Shown: positions 1 to 11,014, counted from the stretch's first letter. The stretch: 64,000 nucleotides of DNA from Escherichia coli (GCF_003334355.1 NZ_QOWP01000006.1); one strand, 5' to 3'. Notes: a model not told the origin generated them from the letters alone. Made by a program: numbers and translations.

Positions 1-153
1 CCAGCGCATTGGCGGCCCGGCGTGAAGCAGTGTTTTGCCCTCGTTTAGTTCGCTGATAAGTGAAGAAGCCGGTTGCACATCCAGCCAGTGTGGACGAGCG
101 CGACGAATTTGTTCGATAACCGCAGCATTGGCTTGCGCTACTGATGTAAACAT
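1..153 (-). CDS. ylbE: YlbE (DUF1116) N-terminal fragment; gene continues past the window start
   Basis: Minus-strand ATG at 151-153, open to the window edge; translation MFTSVAQANAAVIEQIRRARPHWLDVQPASSL... matches recalled YlbE N-terminus; sits directly downstream of fdrA as in K-12. Confidence 0.6.
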   Translation of the reverse strand, partial: MFTSVAQANAAVIEQIRRARPHWLDVQPASSLISELNEGKTLLHAGPPMRW

Positions 154-162
154 GGGAACCCC

Positions 163-1830
163 TTATTGCAAACGTTCTAATAAACGAGCCAGTTTTTTAT
201 TGCCGCCGGCGACTGGCGACCATTGGTAATGCACAACCGGTTTGCTGGCGCTTTGTAGCTCCAGCGCAAAGCTGCGTAATCCGATGTTAATCACGGCGAC
301 GTTTTCCAGTAATGACGGTGTGTGTTGCTGAGTGGCAGGCGAAAGCGGACGAATCAGTGCCGCCGCCAGCAAGGTGGCTTCCGGCAGCGAACTCACTACC
401 GCGATCCCTGCATCTTCCAGCGTGGCGATTTGCTGCGAGCGGCATTGCGGGTCACGTTCAGTGCCTGTCACCGTGGCAATGGCATACAGTGGTTGATTGT
501 CTGAAAGCGCGGCACATGCTTTTTGCCAGGCGCTTACCAGCGAGGCGGCAGGATCGGCGGTCGCACCGAAGCCAATCACGACATCAAGCAGCAATACGCG
601 CACTTGCGGTTTAGCGCCGAGATCGGCAATTAACTGGTTGCGTAAGGCTGGGTCGATCATCGGATGGGGACGCCCGACGGTGTAGAAATCATCGCCGAGG
701 TCAATAATCTGGTGACCATCAGCGTCGAGCATCATGCCGTGATGATGGGTATCGTCGGCTTCCACGCCAAGGTGTCCAGCAAGTAATCCCGCCGCTTCGG
801 CAGCCAGCGTACCGCCGGTATACAAACCGCAAATAAATCCGCTGCTGACAGGCGCTATTGCGTTACGTCGCGCCGTGACACGTGAAAGCAGGCAAGCCAG
901 GCGTGCGGCCTCATCCAGCGAGGAGGCAAACCAGACATTCTCGTCGCGGGCCACCGCCGGGGTATAACCTAAAAACAGCGCCACCGTCGGTTTGCCGGTT
1001 GCTTTCATGGCATTAACAATTTTCAGACGCACAGCTTCGGCAGGCGGTTTTGAAACAAATGCCAGCACTTCGCTTTTCTCGTCTGCACTGAGCATTTCCA
1101 GCGCCGTCAGCGCACTGATGCCGCCTACTTCACGGCTGAGGTCGCGCCCGCCAAGGCCAATCGCGTGAGTAATTCCCTCCCCTGCCAGCGCAATCTGCGA
1201 GCACAGCTCCTGAATCCCGGTACCGGAAGCGCCAATGACGCCAATGTTGCCTTCCGGCATCACGTTAGCAAAAGCCAGCGGCGTGCCGGCAATCATCGAC
1301 GTACCGCAGTCCGGCCCCATCACCAGCAAGCCTTTTTCTCGCGCGCGGGTTTTAAGTTGGATTTCATCTTCCAGCGTGACGTTATCGGAGAACATCATCA
1401 CGTTGAGGTTGCGATCCAGCGCCTGATTCGCCAGCTCCGCCGCATACTCGCCAGCCACTGAAATCAGCGCCAGACTGGCATCGGGTAATTTCTGACAGGC
1501 GCTGTCCCAGCGACGCACCTGCGTCAACGCCTGGCTGCTGCCTGACCCCTGCGCCAGTTGTTTTAGCGCCTCTTCAAGCTGCTGCATAATCGCCTGCGCG
1601 ATCCCCGCATCCGCCGCTTCGCTACGAATTGCCACGCAAATATCGTTCGGCGTGGCGTTATTAAAATCGTCATGCCAGAAACCTGTGGTATCTAATAACG
1701 CTTTATTGGCGGGCGTACCCATCATTACGGAAACATCATCAACATTTTCTGATTCGCTGAGTTTTCGTGAAATAATCATTAAACTGACCGAATCCTGAAA
1801 ACACCCTTTTTTAATAAAGGCGTGGATCAT
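163..1830 (-). CDS. fdrA: FdrA, acyl-CoA synthetase-like protein (555 aa)
   Basis: 555-aa ORF of K-12 FdrA length; position next to allD; CoA-ligase-like glycine-rich motifs. Confidence 0.9.
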   Translation of the reverse strand: MIHAFIKKGCFQDSVSLMIISRKLSESENVDDVSVMMGTPANKALLDTTGFWHDDFNNATPNDICVAIRSEAADAGIAQAIMQQLEEALKQLAQGSGSSQALTQVRRWDSACQKLPDASLALISVAGEYAAELANQALDRNLNVMMFSDNVTLEDEIQLKTRAREKGLLVMGPDCGTSMIAGTPLAFANVMPEGNIGVIGASGTGIQELCSQIALAGEGITHAIGLGGRDLSREVGGISALTALEMLSADEKSEVLAFVSKPPAEAVRLKIVNAMKATGKPTVALFLGYTPAVARDENVWFASSLDEAARLACLLSRVTARRNAIAPVSSGFICGLYTGGTLAAEAAGLLAGHLGVEADDTHHHGMMLDADGHQIIDLGDDFYTVGRPHPMIDPALRNQLIADLGAKPQVRVLLLDVVIGFGATADPAASLVSAWQKACAALSDNQPLYAIATVTGTERDPQCRSQQIATLEDAGIAVVSSLPEATLLAAALIRPLSPATQQHTPSLLENVAVINIGLRSFALELQSASKPVVHYQWSPVAGGNKKLARLLERLQ

Positions 1831-2067
1831 AACAACTCCTTAAAAATTGCACCCATGGCAATTGCACGAGCAGTGTTAATGTGGCGATTACGGTATCGAT
1901 GACAACGGGTAAATAAGGTGATGAATATCACACAGGGATTATTAACAAAAGAATTCAAATAACCGCCATGCTATTACGTGTTATTTTTTAATAAGCGTGG
2001 TTGTTTTAAAAACCAGGTTAAAAGCGAGCGGATTATCAAATAAATTCTAACTATATTTTTTTGCCTG

Positions 2068-2087
2068 TCTGGATCACATAATCCAGA
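2068..2087. promoter_or_regulatory. Perfect inverted repeat TCTGGAT-N6-ATCCAGA about 60 bp upstream of allD; candidate activator (AllS?) site
   Basis: 7-bp arms with 6-bp spacer read directly in the fdrA-allD divergent intergenic region; the assignment to a regulator is inference. Confidence 0.3.
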
Positions 2088-2146
2088 TATTTTCCCTGTA
2101 TGTTAATTGCAGTCATGCTTCACACCGTCGTTAAAAAGGAAGACAG

Positions 2147-3196
2147 ATGAAAATCAGTCGGGAAACACTCCACCAGCTAATTGAGAATAAACTCTGCCAG
2201 GCTGGGTTAAAACGTGAGCACGCTGCAACCGTGGCTGAAGTATTGGTTTACGCCGATGCCAGAGGGATCCACTCTCATGGCGCGGTGCGCGTGGAATACT
2301 ACGCGGAACGCATTTCAAAAGGCGGCACCAACCGCGAACCGGAGTTTCGTCTTGAGGAAACCGGGCCGTGCTCGGCAATTTTACATGCCGACAATGCCGC
2401 CGGACAGGTCGCGGCGAAAATGGGTATGGAACATGCCATCAAAACCGCCCAGCAAAATGGCGTTGCGGTGGTCGGTATCAGCCGGATGGGTCACAGCGGC
2501 GCAATCTCTTATTTTGTGCAGCAGGCAGCCCGCGCCGGATTCATTGGCATTTCGATGTGCCAGTCCGATCCAATGGTGGTGCCGTTTGGCGGCGCGGAAA
2601 TTTACTACGGTACTAACCCCCTGGCCTTTGCCGCGCCGGGAGAAGGCGACGAGATCCTTACCTTTGATATGGCGACTACCGTACAGGCATGGGGAAAAGT
2701 GCTCGACGCCCGCTCGCGTAATATGTCTATCCCGGATACCTGGGCGGTCGATAAAAACGGTGTACCAACAACCGATCCGTTCGCGGTACATGCTCTGCTC
2801 CCCGCCGCCGGGCCAAAAGGGTATGGCCTGATGATGATGATTGACGTCCTCTCAGGCGTCTTACTCGGCTTACCGTTCGGGCGACAGGTTAGTTCGATGT
2901 ATGACGATTTACACGCAGGGCGTAATTTGGGGCAATTACATATAGTTATTAATCCGAACTTTTTCTCCTCCAGCGAATTATTCCGTCAACATCTTAGCCA
3001 GACCATGCGCGAATTAAATGCCATTACCCCCGCGCCCGGTTTTAACCAAGTTTATTATCCCGGACAGGATCAGGATATTAAACAACGCAAAGCCGCCGTC
3101 GAAGGCATCGAAATTGTTGATGATATTTACCAGTATTTAATTTCCGACGCGCTTTATAACACGTCATACGAAACGAAAAATCCCTTTGCGCAATAA
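2147..3196 (+). CDS. allD: Ureidoglycolate dehydrogenase AllD (349 aa)
   Basis: 349-aa ORF, N-terminus MKISRETLHQLIENKLCQAGL...; first gene of allDC-allE operon. Confidence 0.9.
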   Translation: MKISRETLHQLIENKLCQAGLKREHAATVAEVLVYADARGIHSHGAVRVEYYAERISKGGTNREPEFRLEETGPCSAILHADNAAGQVAAKMGMEHAIKTAQQNGVAVVGISRMGHSGAISYFVQQAARAGFIGISMCQSDPMVVPFGGAEIYYGTNPLAFAAPGEGDEILTFDMATTVQAWGKVLDARSRNMSIPDTWAVDKNGVPTTDPFAVHALLPAAGPKGYGLMMMIDVLSGVLLGLPFGRQVSSMYDDLHAGRNLGQLHIVINPNFFSSSELFRQHLSQTMRELNAITPAPGFNQVYYPGQDQDIKQRKAAVEGIEIVDDIYQYLISDALYNTSYETKNPFAQ

Positions 3197-3217
3197 TTAT
3201 TGAGACAGGACTTTCTT

Positions 3218-4453
3218 ATGATTACACATTTTCGTCAAGCCATAGAAGAAGCGCTGCCCTAGCTTTCCTCATTTGGCGCTGACCCAACGGGTGGGATGAC
3301 CCGTTTACTTTATTCGCCGGAATGGCTGGAAACCCAGCAGCAATTTAAAAAAAGAATGGCAGCAAGCGGGCTGGAAACACGTTTCGATGAAGTGGGGAAT
3401 TTATACGGTCGCCTGAGTGGCACCGAATATCCACAGGAAGTGGTTCTGAGCGGTTCGCATATCGATACCGTGGTTAACGGCGGTAACCTCGACGGGCAAT
3501 TCGGCGCGCTGGCGGCGTGGCTGGCAATTGACTGGTTGAAAACGCAATACGGCGCGCCGCTACGTACGGTCGAAGTGGTGGCGATGGCAGAAGAAGAAGG
3601 CAGCCGCTTCCCGTATGTCTTCTGGGGCAGTAAAAATATCTTTGGGCTGGCGAATCCTGACGACGTGCGGAATATCTGTGATGCCAAAGGAAATAGTTTT
3701 GTCGATGCGATGAAGGCTTGCGGATTTACTCTGCCGGACGCCCCGCTAACTCCGCGTCAGGATATTAAAGCCTTTGTCGAACTGCATATCGAACAGGGCT
3801 GTGTGCTGGAAAGTAATGGGCAATCAATTGGCGTGGTGAATGCAATTGTCGGGCAACGTCGCTATACGGTGACGCTGAACGGCGAATCAAACCATGCAGG
3901 CACCACGCCGATGGGTTATCGTCGTGATACGGTTTACGCTTTCAGTCGCATTTGCCATCAGTCGATCGAAAAAGCGAAAAAGATGGGCGACCCGCTGGTT
4001 CTGACCTTTGGGAAAGTAGAGCCGCGCCCGAATACGGTGAATGTGGTGCCGGGTAAAACCACGTTCACCATTGATTGTCGTCATACCGACGCCGCCGTGC
4101 TGCGTGATTTCACCCAACAGTTAGAAAACGACATGCGGGCGATTTGCGATGAAATGGACATTGGTATTGATATCGATTTATGGATGGACGAAGAACCCGT
4201 GCCGATGAATAAGGACCTGGTCGCCACCCTGACAGAATTGTGTGAAAGTGAAAAACTGAATTACCGGGTGATGCACAGTGGTGCCGGGCACGACGCGCAA
4301 ATTTTCGCGCCTCGCGTGCCGACCTGCATGATTTTCATTCCCAGCATCAACGGGATCAGCCATAACCCGGCGGAACGCACCAATATTACCGACCTTGCCG
4401 AAGGGGTCAAAACGTTGGCACTCATGCTTTATCAACTTGCCTGGCAGAAATAA
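3218..4453 (+). pseudogene. allC: Allantoate amidohydrolase AllC interrupted by an in-frame amber codon at codon 15 (TAG 3260-3262); the uninterrupted reading frame resumes at ATG 3296 and gives 385 aa
   Basis: ATG 3218 with AGGA 7 nt upstream encodes MITHFRQAIEEALP then TAG; the same frame continues through ATG 3296 to the stop at 4451-4453; 3218-4453 is 412 codons, matching 411-aa K-12 AllC, which by recollection has Trp at this codon. Confidence 0.55.
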
Positions 4454-4463
4454 GGAGTCATAA

Positions 4464-5249
4464 ATGGGATATTTAAATAACGTCACCGGTTACCGCGATG
4501 ATTTACTGGCTAACCGTGCGATTGTGAAACACGGTAATTTCGCACTGTTAACCCCGGACGGTCTGGTAAAAAATATTATTCCGGGCTTTGAAAATTGTGA
4601 CGCGACAATCCTCTCCACGCCAAAGCTGGGTGCCTCTTTTGTTGATTATCTGGTCACACTGCATCAAAACGGCGGCAACCAACAGGGCTTCGGTGGCGAA
4701 GGCATTGAAACGTTCCTGTATGTGATCACTGGAAATATCACTGCCAAAGCCGAAGGCAAAACATTTGCCTTAAGCGAAGGTGGCTATCTTTATTGCCCGC
4801 CAGGCTCCTTAATGACGTTTGTTAACGCCCAGGCCGAAGACAGCCAAATCTTTTTATATAAGCGCCGCTATGTTCCGGTAGAAGGCCATGCACCGTGGCT
4901 GGTTTCTGGCAATGCCAGCGAACTGGAACGCATTCACTATGAAGGTATGGATGATGTGATCCTGCTGGATTTTCTGCCCAAAGAGTTAGGTTTTGATATG
5001 AACATGCATATCCTCTCTTTTGCACCAGGTGCCAGCCATGGTTATATCGAAACACATGTTCAGGAACACGGTGCCTATATTCTTTCCGGTCAGGGGGTTT
5101 ATAACCTCGACAATAACTGGATCCCGGTGAAAAAAGGCGATTACATCTTTATGGGCGCTTATTCTTTACAGGCTGGTTATGGTGTAGGGCGTGGTGAAGC
5201 GTTCAGCTATATTTACTCGAAAGATTGCAACCGCGACGTAGAGATTTAA
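4464..5249 (+). CDS. allE: (S)-ureidoglycine aminohydrolase AllE/YlbA (261 aa, cupin)
   Basis: 261-aa ORF directly after allC; matches recalled YlbA. Confidence 0.85.
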   Translation: MGYLNNVTGYRDDLLANRAIVKHGNFALLTPDGLVKNIIPGFENCDATILSTPKLGASFVDYLVTLHQNGGNQQGFGGEGIETFLYVITGNITAKAEGKTFALSEGGYLYCPPGSLMTFVNAQAEDSQIFLYKRRYVPVEGHAPWLVSGNASELERIHYEGMDDVILLDFLPKELGFDMNMHILSFAPGASHGYIETHVQEHGAYILSGQGVYNLDNNWIPVKKGDYIFMGAYSLQAGYGVGRGEAFSYIYSKDCNRDVEI

Positions 5250-5291
5250 GTCATACCACTCGCCTGATTATTTTTAGCTATGTTGGATTTT

Positions 5292-5318
5292 GCCACGGTT
5301 TATACCGTGGCTTTTTTT
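5292..5318 (+). terminator. Rho-independent terminator of allDCE operon
   Basis: GCCACGGT-TTAT-ACCGTGGC hairpin followed by TTTTTTT. Confidence 0.7.
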
Positions 5319-5326
5319 GTAACATT

Positions 5327-5431
5327 GCCTGATGCGCTTCGCTTATCAGGCCTACATGATCTCTGCAATATATAGAATTTGCGCGATTTTCAGGAAGGAT
5401 ATAGTACTCATGCCGCATCCGGCATGAGTAC
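5327..5431. repeat. REP element plus a 12-bp-arm perfect palindrome between allE and glxK
   Basis: GCCTGATGCGCTTCGCTTATCAGGCCTAC REP-like unit; AGTACTCATGCC-GCATCC-GGCATGAGTACT palindrome at 5402-5431. Confidence 0.6.
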
Positions 5432-5476
5432 TGCGCTCTTATACGAAATAAATAGCATCCGCTTTAAAGGCAAGAG

Positions 5477-6622
5477 TCAGTTTTTAATTCCCTGACCTAT
5501 TTTAATGGCGCAGGCAATATTTCGCGCGCTGTTGAAGAGATTGATTTCACCGCTGGCGAGTACTTCGGCTAAAGGTGCCAGACGTGGCAAAATGCTGAAT
5601 ACCGCATCAATGCCATACTGGTGCACCACTTCCACGCCATCACCCAATACGCCAGCAATCCCAATCACCGGTACATTAAACTGCTTCGCCACCGACGCCA
5701 CACCCAGCGGCGCTTTACCGCCTGCCGTTTGCGAGTCGATGCGCCCTTCCCCGGTAATCACCAGTGCTGCGCCCTGCACTGCCTGCGCAAGATTGACCGC
5801 ATTCAACACAATCTCAATACCTGGTTTAATATCCGCATTGAGAAATACCGCCGCCGCAATACCCATACCGCCCGCAGCGCCGCCGCCCGCCATCTGGCAG
5901 ACGTTGATTTCAGTTTGCTGTTGTAAAACACGGGCGTAATTTTGCAGCCCCTGTTCCAGCTCTTCGACCATTTCCGGCGTTGCCCCTTTTTGCGGGCCAA
6001 ACACCGCCGCCGCGCCGCGTGCCCCTACCAGCGGGTTATCAACGTCACATGCTACTTCAATATGGCAATTCGCCAGACGCGGATCGCATTCATCCATCTC
6101 AATGCTTGCCACGCGCGCTAAATTACCGCCGTTAGCCACCAGCACCTGACCGTCGGCATCAAGGAAACGCACACCGAGCGCCTGCGCCATGCCCATACCG
6201 CCGTCGACCGTCGCACTGCCGCCAATGCCGAGAATAATATGGCGAATGCCGTTATCCAGCGCATGACGAATTAACTCCCCCGTACCAAAACTGGAGGCCA
6301 GCAACGGATTACGCTTTTCAGGCGCGACCAGCATCAGGCCACTTGCTGCCGCCATCTCAATCACCGCCGTTTTCCCGTCGCCGGTAAGGCCATAAAAAGC
6401 ATTCACTGTTTCGCCCATCGGCCCGCAGACTTCAAGCGTCACGATGTTGCCGCCCGTCGCGGCGACCATCGCATCCACCGTTCCTTCGCCGCCATCCGCT
6501 ATCGGCAAACAGATATAGTGCGCATCGGGAAAGAGGGTCGAAAACCCGGCTTTAATTGCCTGGCAACATTTTTCTGCACTTAAGCTCTCTTTAAAAGAGT
6601 CTGGCGCAATGACAATCTTCAT
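5477..6622 (-). CDS. glxK: Glycerate 2-kinase GlxK (381 aa)
   Basis: [30 protein letters not shown]...; start trimmed to the Met that gives K-12 length. Confidence 0.9.
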   Translation of the reverse strand: MKIVIAPDSFKESLSAEKCCQAIKAGFSTLFPDAHYICLPIADGGEGTVDAMVAATGGNIVTLEVCGPMGETVNAFYGLTGDGKTAVIEMAAASGLMLVAPEKRNPLLASSFGTGELIRHALDNGIRHIILGIGGSATVDGGMGMAQALGVRFLDADGQVLVANGGNLARVASIEMDECDPRLANCHIEVACDVDNPLVGARGAAAVFGPQKGATPEMVEELEQGLQNYARVLQQQTEINVCQMAGGGAAGGMGIAAAVFLNADIKPGIEIVLNAVNLAQAVQGAALVITGEGRIDSQTAGGKAPLGVASVAKQFNVPVIGIAGVLGDGVEVVHQYGIDAVFSILPRLAPLAEVLASGEINLFNSARNIACAIKIGQGIKN

Positions 6623-6643
6623 TATCAATCCTTTTTCAACAAA

Positions 6644-7945
6644 TTATTCGATGCGTTCCCACGGAATAAGATTATCCATAAGAACAGCCAGTAAAATCCC
6701 GACCAATAAGCCGTTACTGAGCAGAGGACGCAGCGTTAATGGAAGGTCTTGCAGATACACAGGCGGTAATGCCATTAAAAATATGCCGACAAATAACGGC
6801 AATGCGAGTCGATAAATATTGCGAGCGGTAAAGGTTATTTGCTGGCTAAACACCAGCGCGGAAAAGAGTAAAGGCAGATAAGAAACCAGCATGACCGCGC
6901 TACTCACGGGTAAAGGGATACTGCAAAACAGTCGTGTGAGTGCCGGAACCAGCGCCACCAGCAGGCAAATAACGCTGCCATAAATAAACGAACGCCGCGT
7001 GTAATCGCCAGTCTGGGTTAATAAACCAATGGATGAAACAAACGGTGAAAATGGAATTACCGCCAGCGGTACGGTTATCAGCGTCATAAATCCGGTCGCC
7101 ACAAAGCTACGACGATAACGCGTATTCCCCGCGCCCTGCTGCGGATAAAAAACATCCGTGCCCCGAATCGCACCGTAGGTATTGCTGATATTCACCAGAC
7201 CTGTAATCACCGCCGTCAGAATAATTCCCGGCGACAAAGCACCGCCACTGCCGAGCGGGAACCACTGCCAGTGCAACTCACCGGAGAGCGAATGCGAAGA
7301 AGGAAAGCAAAAGTACCACAACAACCAGCCGGTTATCGTACCGACCAGCAGGCCATAACGGGCAAAACGTTGCGGCAGAAAGATAATCATCGCCAGTACC
7401 AGGCACATCACCGCCACCGAGAGCGCGAACGGTGGTAACTGAATTTTAAAATTTGGGTCGGCTATGCCAAACGGCAGCCCGAGCATACCTTTGAAAAAGA
7501 TAGTGGTCAGCTGCGCGCCCAGCATCAACATAAACAAGACCATCACCGACGGCGTAAATAACCGTGCCAGGCGATGGCCTAATCCGCTAAAACCAATCAA
7601 CATCGTCAGCACGCCGGAGAGTGCAATCCCCACCGCCAGACTGGTAGCGATATCGTTGATCGGTGTCCCGCGCGATGCTTCGCCAAGGGTGATAGTAAGG
7701 ATGGTTCCCCACCACAGGCCACCCGGCCCTTCCATAATAGCGCGACGATGACCGCAGAACGCCTGAGCGAAGCAGGCCAGTGCGGTAGCAAGAAAAGCAT
7801 ATTGCGTGAGCGTAAGCAGGCTACTTTGCGGCAACTGAAAAGCAGAAAGTAGCGTAGGAGGAACCACAACCGTGTTGCAAAAAATAAAGAAAAACCACTG
7901 AAATCCTGATAACAGGCTTTCGCGGCTGACTGCAAAATTGAACAT
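6644..7945 (-). CDS. ybbY: Putative purine/allantoin-pathway permease YbbY (433 aa)
   Basis: Polytopic membrane ORF; ATG at 7943-7945 with AAGGTG 5 nt upstream (the track ORF starts at a GTG 2 codons earlier). Confidence 0.85.
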   Translation of the reverse strand: MFNFAVSRESLLSGFQWFFFIFCNTVVVPPTLLSAFQLPQSSLLTLTQYAFLATALACFAQAFCGHRRAIMEGPGGLWWGTILTITLGEASRGTPINDIATSLAVGIALSGVLTMLIGFSGLGHRLARLFTPSVMVLFMLMLGAQLTTIFFKGMLGLPFGIADPNFKIQLPPFALSVAVMCLVLAMIIFLPQRFARYGLLVGTITGWLLWYFCFPSSHSLSGELHWQWFPLGSGGALSPGIILTAVITGLVNISNTYGAIRGTDVFYPQQGAGNTRYRRSFVATGFMTLITVPLAVIPFSPFVSSIGLLTQTGDYTRRSFIYGSVICLLVALVPALTRLFCSIPLPVSSAVMLVSYLPLLFSALVFSQQITFTARNIYRLALPLFVGIFLMALPPVYLQDLPLTLRPLLSNGLLVGILLAVLMDNLIPWERIE

Positions 7946-8001
7946 AAACACACCTTAACCGGAGAATGCCCGCCGCAAGGACGGGCATTGCAGGGGCCAG
8001 A

Positions 8002-9363
8002 TTACTGCTGATGTTTAAGGATAAATTGACCTTTCGGCGCAACAGGGAAGCCCTGTTCAATGTCGTAAATCACATCACCACGTAAGATGGTTTTCGTGAT
8101 ACGCGCGCCAATGGTACGGCCAACATACGGGCTGACTTTGTGGCGATATTCCAGATCGTCATTGGTAAGAACATAGCTGCTATTCGGCTGAATGAAGACG
8201 AAGTCGGCATCTTTTCCTGGGGCGATACGGCCTTTTTGCTGCAGACCGAAAATATCTGCTGCGTTAGTCGCCATTAATTTGCCGAACATTGGCAGAGACA
8301 TTCCGCGTTTCTGTACCGCTTCATCGAACATCACGTCCATACAGTTTTGCAGACCGGCAATACCGCCCCATGCTTCCATGATGTTGCCGGCTTTCATTTC
8401 CGGAGGGCATGGTGAGTGGTCGGAAACCAGGCAGTCGATTTCACCGTTAAACAGTTTTTCCCACATGCCTTTCTGGTTTTCCAGATCGCGGATCGGCGGT
8501 GAACACTTCGCCAGAGTACCGATTTCTTCGAACTGATCGGTATCCAGTACAAAGTAATGCGGGCAGAATTCACAAGTAACATCCTGACCTTCCTGACGTG
8601 CACGAATCACTTCTTCAACACCTTCTGGGCTGCTGATATGGCAAATGTGCAGACGGCAACCGGCAACTTTCGCCAGGTACAGTACGCGGCGAATCGCTTC
8701 CATTTCGGTAAATACCGGACGCGAAGCCACATAGTCATGGGCAGTTACACGACCTTCACTTTTCGCTTCTTCGCCCAGTGCATCACAGATCAGCGCGTTT
8801 TCGCAGTGCACCAGCACCGGCTGCCCCAGTTCGCCCAGCTTCTGCGCACCTTTGAAGAACTGCCAGTCGTTTACATCACGGAAGTCGTTGTCGATACCGC
8901 GATCGCCACAGGTCGCAACGAAGCATTTGAAGCCGACAACGCCCACTTCATCCAACTCATGCAGACGATCAATGTTGTAAGACACCAGGCCACCGAGTTG
9001 TGCCGCATCGATAGTCAGCTTGCCTTTAGCGGCATCGAACTTCAGTTCAATTGAAGCACGGTCAACCGTTGCAGGCAGCTGGTTGAGCGGCATTTCGATC
9101 ATGGTGGTGATACCACCTTTTGCCGCTGCGCGAGTACCGGTTTCATAACCTTCCCAGTGGCTACGACCCGGTTCAGAAATATGGGTGTGCGCATCAACCA
9201 TGCCCGGCGAAACCACCAGACCAGACGCATCCATAACTTCTTTTGCATCGCCCAGATCCTGACCGATAGCAGCAATTTTTCCGCCTTTAACGGCGATATC
9301 TACAACGCGAGCTTCGTTTTCTAAAATAACGGTGCCGTTTTTAATGATTAAATCAAAAGACAT
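8002..9363 (-). CDS. allB: Allantoinase AllB (453 aa)
   Basis: 453-aa amidohydrolase-family ORF with DAHTH metal motif; position in all cluster. Confidence 0.92.
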   Translation of the reverse strand: MSFDLIIKNGTVILENEARVVDIAVKGGKIAAIGQDLGDAKEVMDASGLVVSPGMVDAHTHISEPGRSHWEGYETGTRAAAKGGITTMIEMPLNQLPATVDRASIELKFDAAKGKLTIDAAQLGGLVSYNIDRLHELDEVGVVGFKCFVATCGDRGIDNDFRDVNDWQFFKGAQKLGELGQPVLVHCENALICDALGEEAKSEGRVTAHDYVASRPVFTEMEAIRRVLYLAKVAGCRLHICHISSPEGVEEVIRARQEGQDVTCEFCPHYFVLDTDQFEEIGTLAKCSPPIRDLENQKGMWEKLFNGEIDCLVSDHSPCPPEMKAGNIMEAWGGIAGLQNCMDVMFDEAVQKRGMSLPMFGKLMATNAADIFGLQQKGRIAPGKDADFVFIQPNSSYVLTNDDLEYRHKVSPYVGRTIGARITKTILRGDVIYDIEQGFPVAPKGQFILKHQQ

Positions 9364-9422
9364 AACAAACTCCTTGTAAAATACAGATTGGTTTTTAACT
9401 CAATGTTCAATATCGGGATTAA

Positions 9423-10877
9423 TTAACCTATGGTTTTTTGCTCTCCTGTTTTTTCTGCTGTTGTACGTTTCTTTAATAAGGCGTAGGCCGCAAAGGCGAC
9501 GATGACGCCGACAAACCATGAAACACGCGATAACGGTTCCATAAAGTGAATAAACTTACCGCCAAGAGATAAAATAACGGCCACCAGAGTTACTGAAAAC
9601 GCAGTGAGGTTAAAACCGTTATCGTAATATTTATAATCGCCAGGTGCGGTATACAGTTCATCAAGATTAATTTGTCCGCGCATCACCACAAAATAATGCG
9701 CCATCATGACACCAATTACCGGACCAAGCATTCCGCCGATAATATCGAGGAAAAGATAAATGCTGTCCTGATTTTCCATTAATTTCCACGGGCAGATCAG
9801 CAAGCTGATAATACTGGCAATCAGTACGCCGTTTTTATAGGTCAGTTTTGTCGGTGCAATGGCGGCAATCTGATAACCGGCTGGAATAATATTACCGGTC
9901 GCGTTAGTGGAGATAGTTGTCATCAGAATAACCAGTACCGCAAAGAACGAGGCGAACAGGCTGTCCCAACGCTGAACAATATCCAGCACGTTCCAGGTAT
10001 CAGCGCCGTAGTGAATACTGACTCCGGCAATAATACATACCCCGGCGACCGCAAACAGAATATAGGCCACAACTAAACCCAGCGTTTGCCCCAGCGCCTG
10101 CTCACGAAACGAGTGGGCGTTTTGCGTAAAGTCGGATGCGCTCACCGCCGGTGCCGCCCAGACCGCAACTACCGCGTTAATCACCACCAGGAACAGGAAG
10201 CCACCGTTTTCTGCTTTCTGAATACCGCTCGGAATGTAGTCAAAGATTGGACCGATCCCGACCAGTGAAATCGCCCAAATCGCCATACCGCCGAAAACGA
10301 TATAGATGCACGGGTTAAGAATGGCAGTGAATTTATTTAAAACTTTGCCACCGCCAAAACCTATACCAACGTTGACCAGCCAGAAGATTAAGAAAGTAAT
10401 TAAGCCCGGTAGAGAAAGGCCTAACAGAGTGAAATCACCACCGAGAGTTAAAAATCCCGGCCAGATTTTGCCAATCAGAATCAAGCAGGCCAGTGACCCC
10501 GCGTAACATTGCAAACCAAACCACATGATGGCGGCAATTCCGCCCCTTAATAATCCGGGAAACAGTGCACCACGTACACCGTAAGAAGCACGCAGGATCA
10601 TGGCAAAAGGCACACCGTATTTACTGCCCGCAGCACCGTTTAATACCATTACCGCGGCAATGAAAAAGGCGCTGAGGATAATTGCCAGCATAATACTAAA
10701 GGTAGACAAGCCGAGAATAAAAAAGCCGCCGACCATCACATAATTGGGAACGTTATGAACCGAACCCATCCATAAGGTAAAATAGTTAAATGTTTTCCAG
10801 GTCCGCTGGCTTTGCGTTTTCGGCAATAGATCTTCGCTATAGCCGCGTTGCTGGAATAGTTTTCTCTGATGTTCCAT
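9423..10877 (-). CDS. ybbW: Allantoin permease YbbW/AllW (484 aa, NCS1 family)
   Basis: 484-aa multi-TM ORF between glxR and allB. Confidence 0.9.
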   Translation of the reverse strand: MEHQRKLFQQRGYSEDLLPKTQSQRTWKTFNYFTLWMGSVHNVPNYVMVGGFFILGLSTFSIMLAIILSAFFIAAVMVLNGAAGSKYGVPFAMILRASYGVRGALFPGLLRGGIAAIMWFGLQCYAGSLACLILIGKIWPGFLTLGGDFTLLGLSLPGLITFLIFWLVNVGIGFGGGKVLNKFTAILNPCIYIVFGGMAIWAISLVGIGPIFDYIPSGIQKAENGGFLFLVVINAVVAVWAAPAVSASDFTQNAHSFREQALGQTLGLVVAYILFAVAGVCIIAGVSIHYGADTWNVLDIVQRWDSLFASFFAVLVILMTTISTNATGNIIPAGYQIAAIAPTKLTYKNGVLIASIISLLICPWKLMENQDSIYLFLDIIGGMLGPVIGVMMAHYFVVMRGQINLDELYTAPGDYKYYDNGFNLTAFSVTLVAVILSLGGKFIHFMEPLSRVSWFVGVIVAFAAYALLKKRTTAEKTGEQKTIG

Positions 10878-11014
10878 AAATCCCTCTTAATTTCACGTAT
10901 CGAATAACGTTGTTTTAATCTAGCTATGAGGAACAAATAAAATAAAAATATTATTTTTAATACTGAAGCAACATCTTTGGCTGCTTTCTTTTTTAATATT
11001 GCTGGCCGATTCAT
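10736..11014 (-). CDS. ybbV: YbbV-like hypothetical 92-aa ORF overlapping the ybbW 5' end; probably not a real gene
   Basis: 92-aa ORF of the size and position recalled for K-12 b0510; heavy overlap with ybbW and no convincing SD. Confidence 0.2.
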   Translation of the reverse strand: MNRPAILKKKAAKDVASVLKIIFLFYLFLIARLKQRYSIREIKRDLWNIRENYSSNAAIAKIYCRKRKASGPGKHLTILPYGWVRFITFPIM

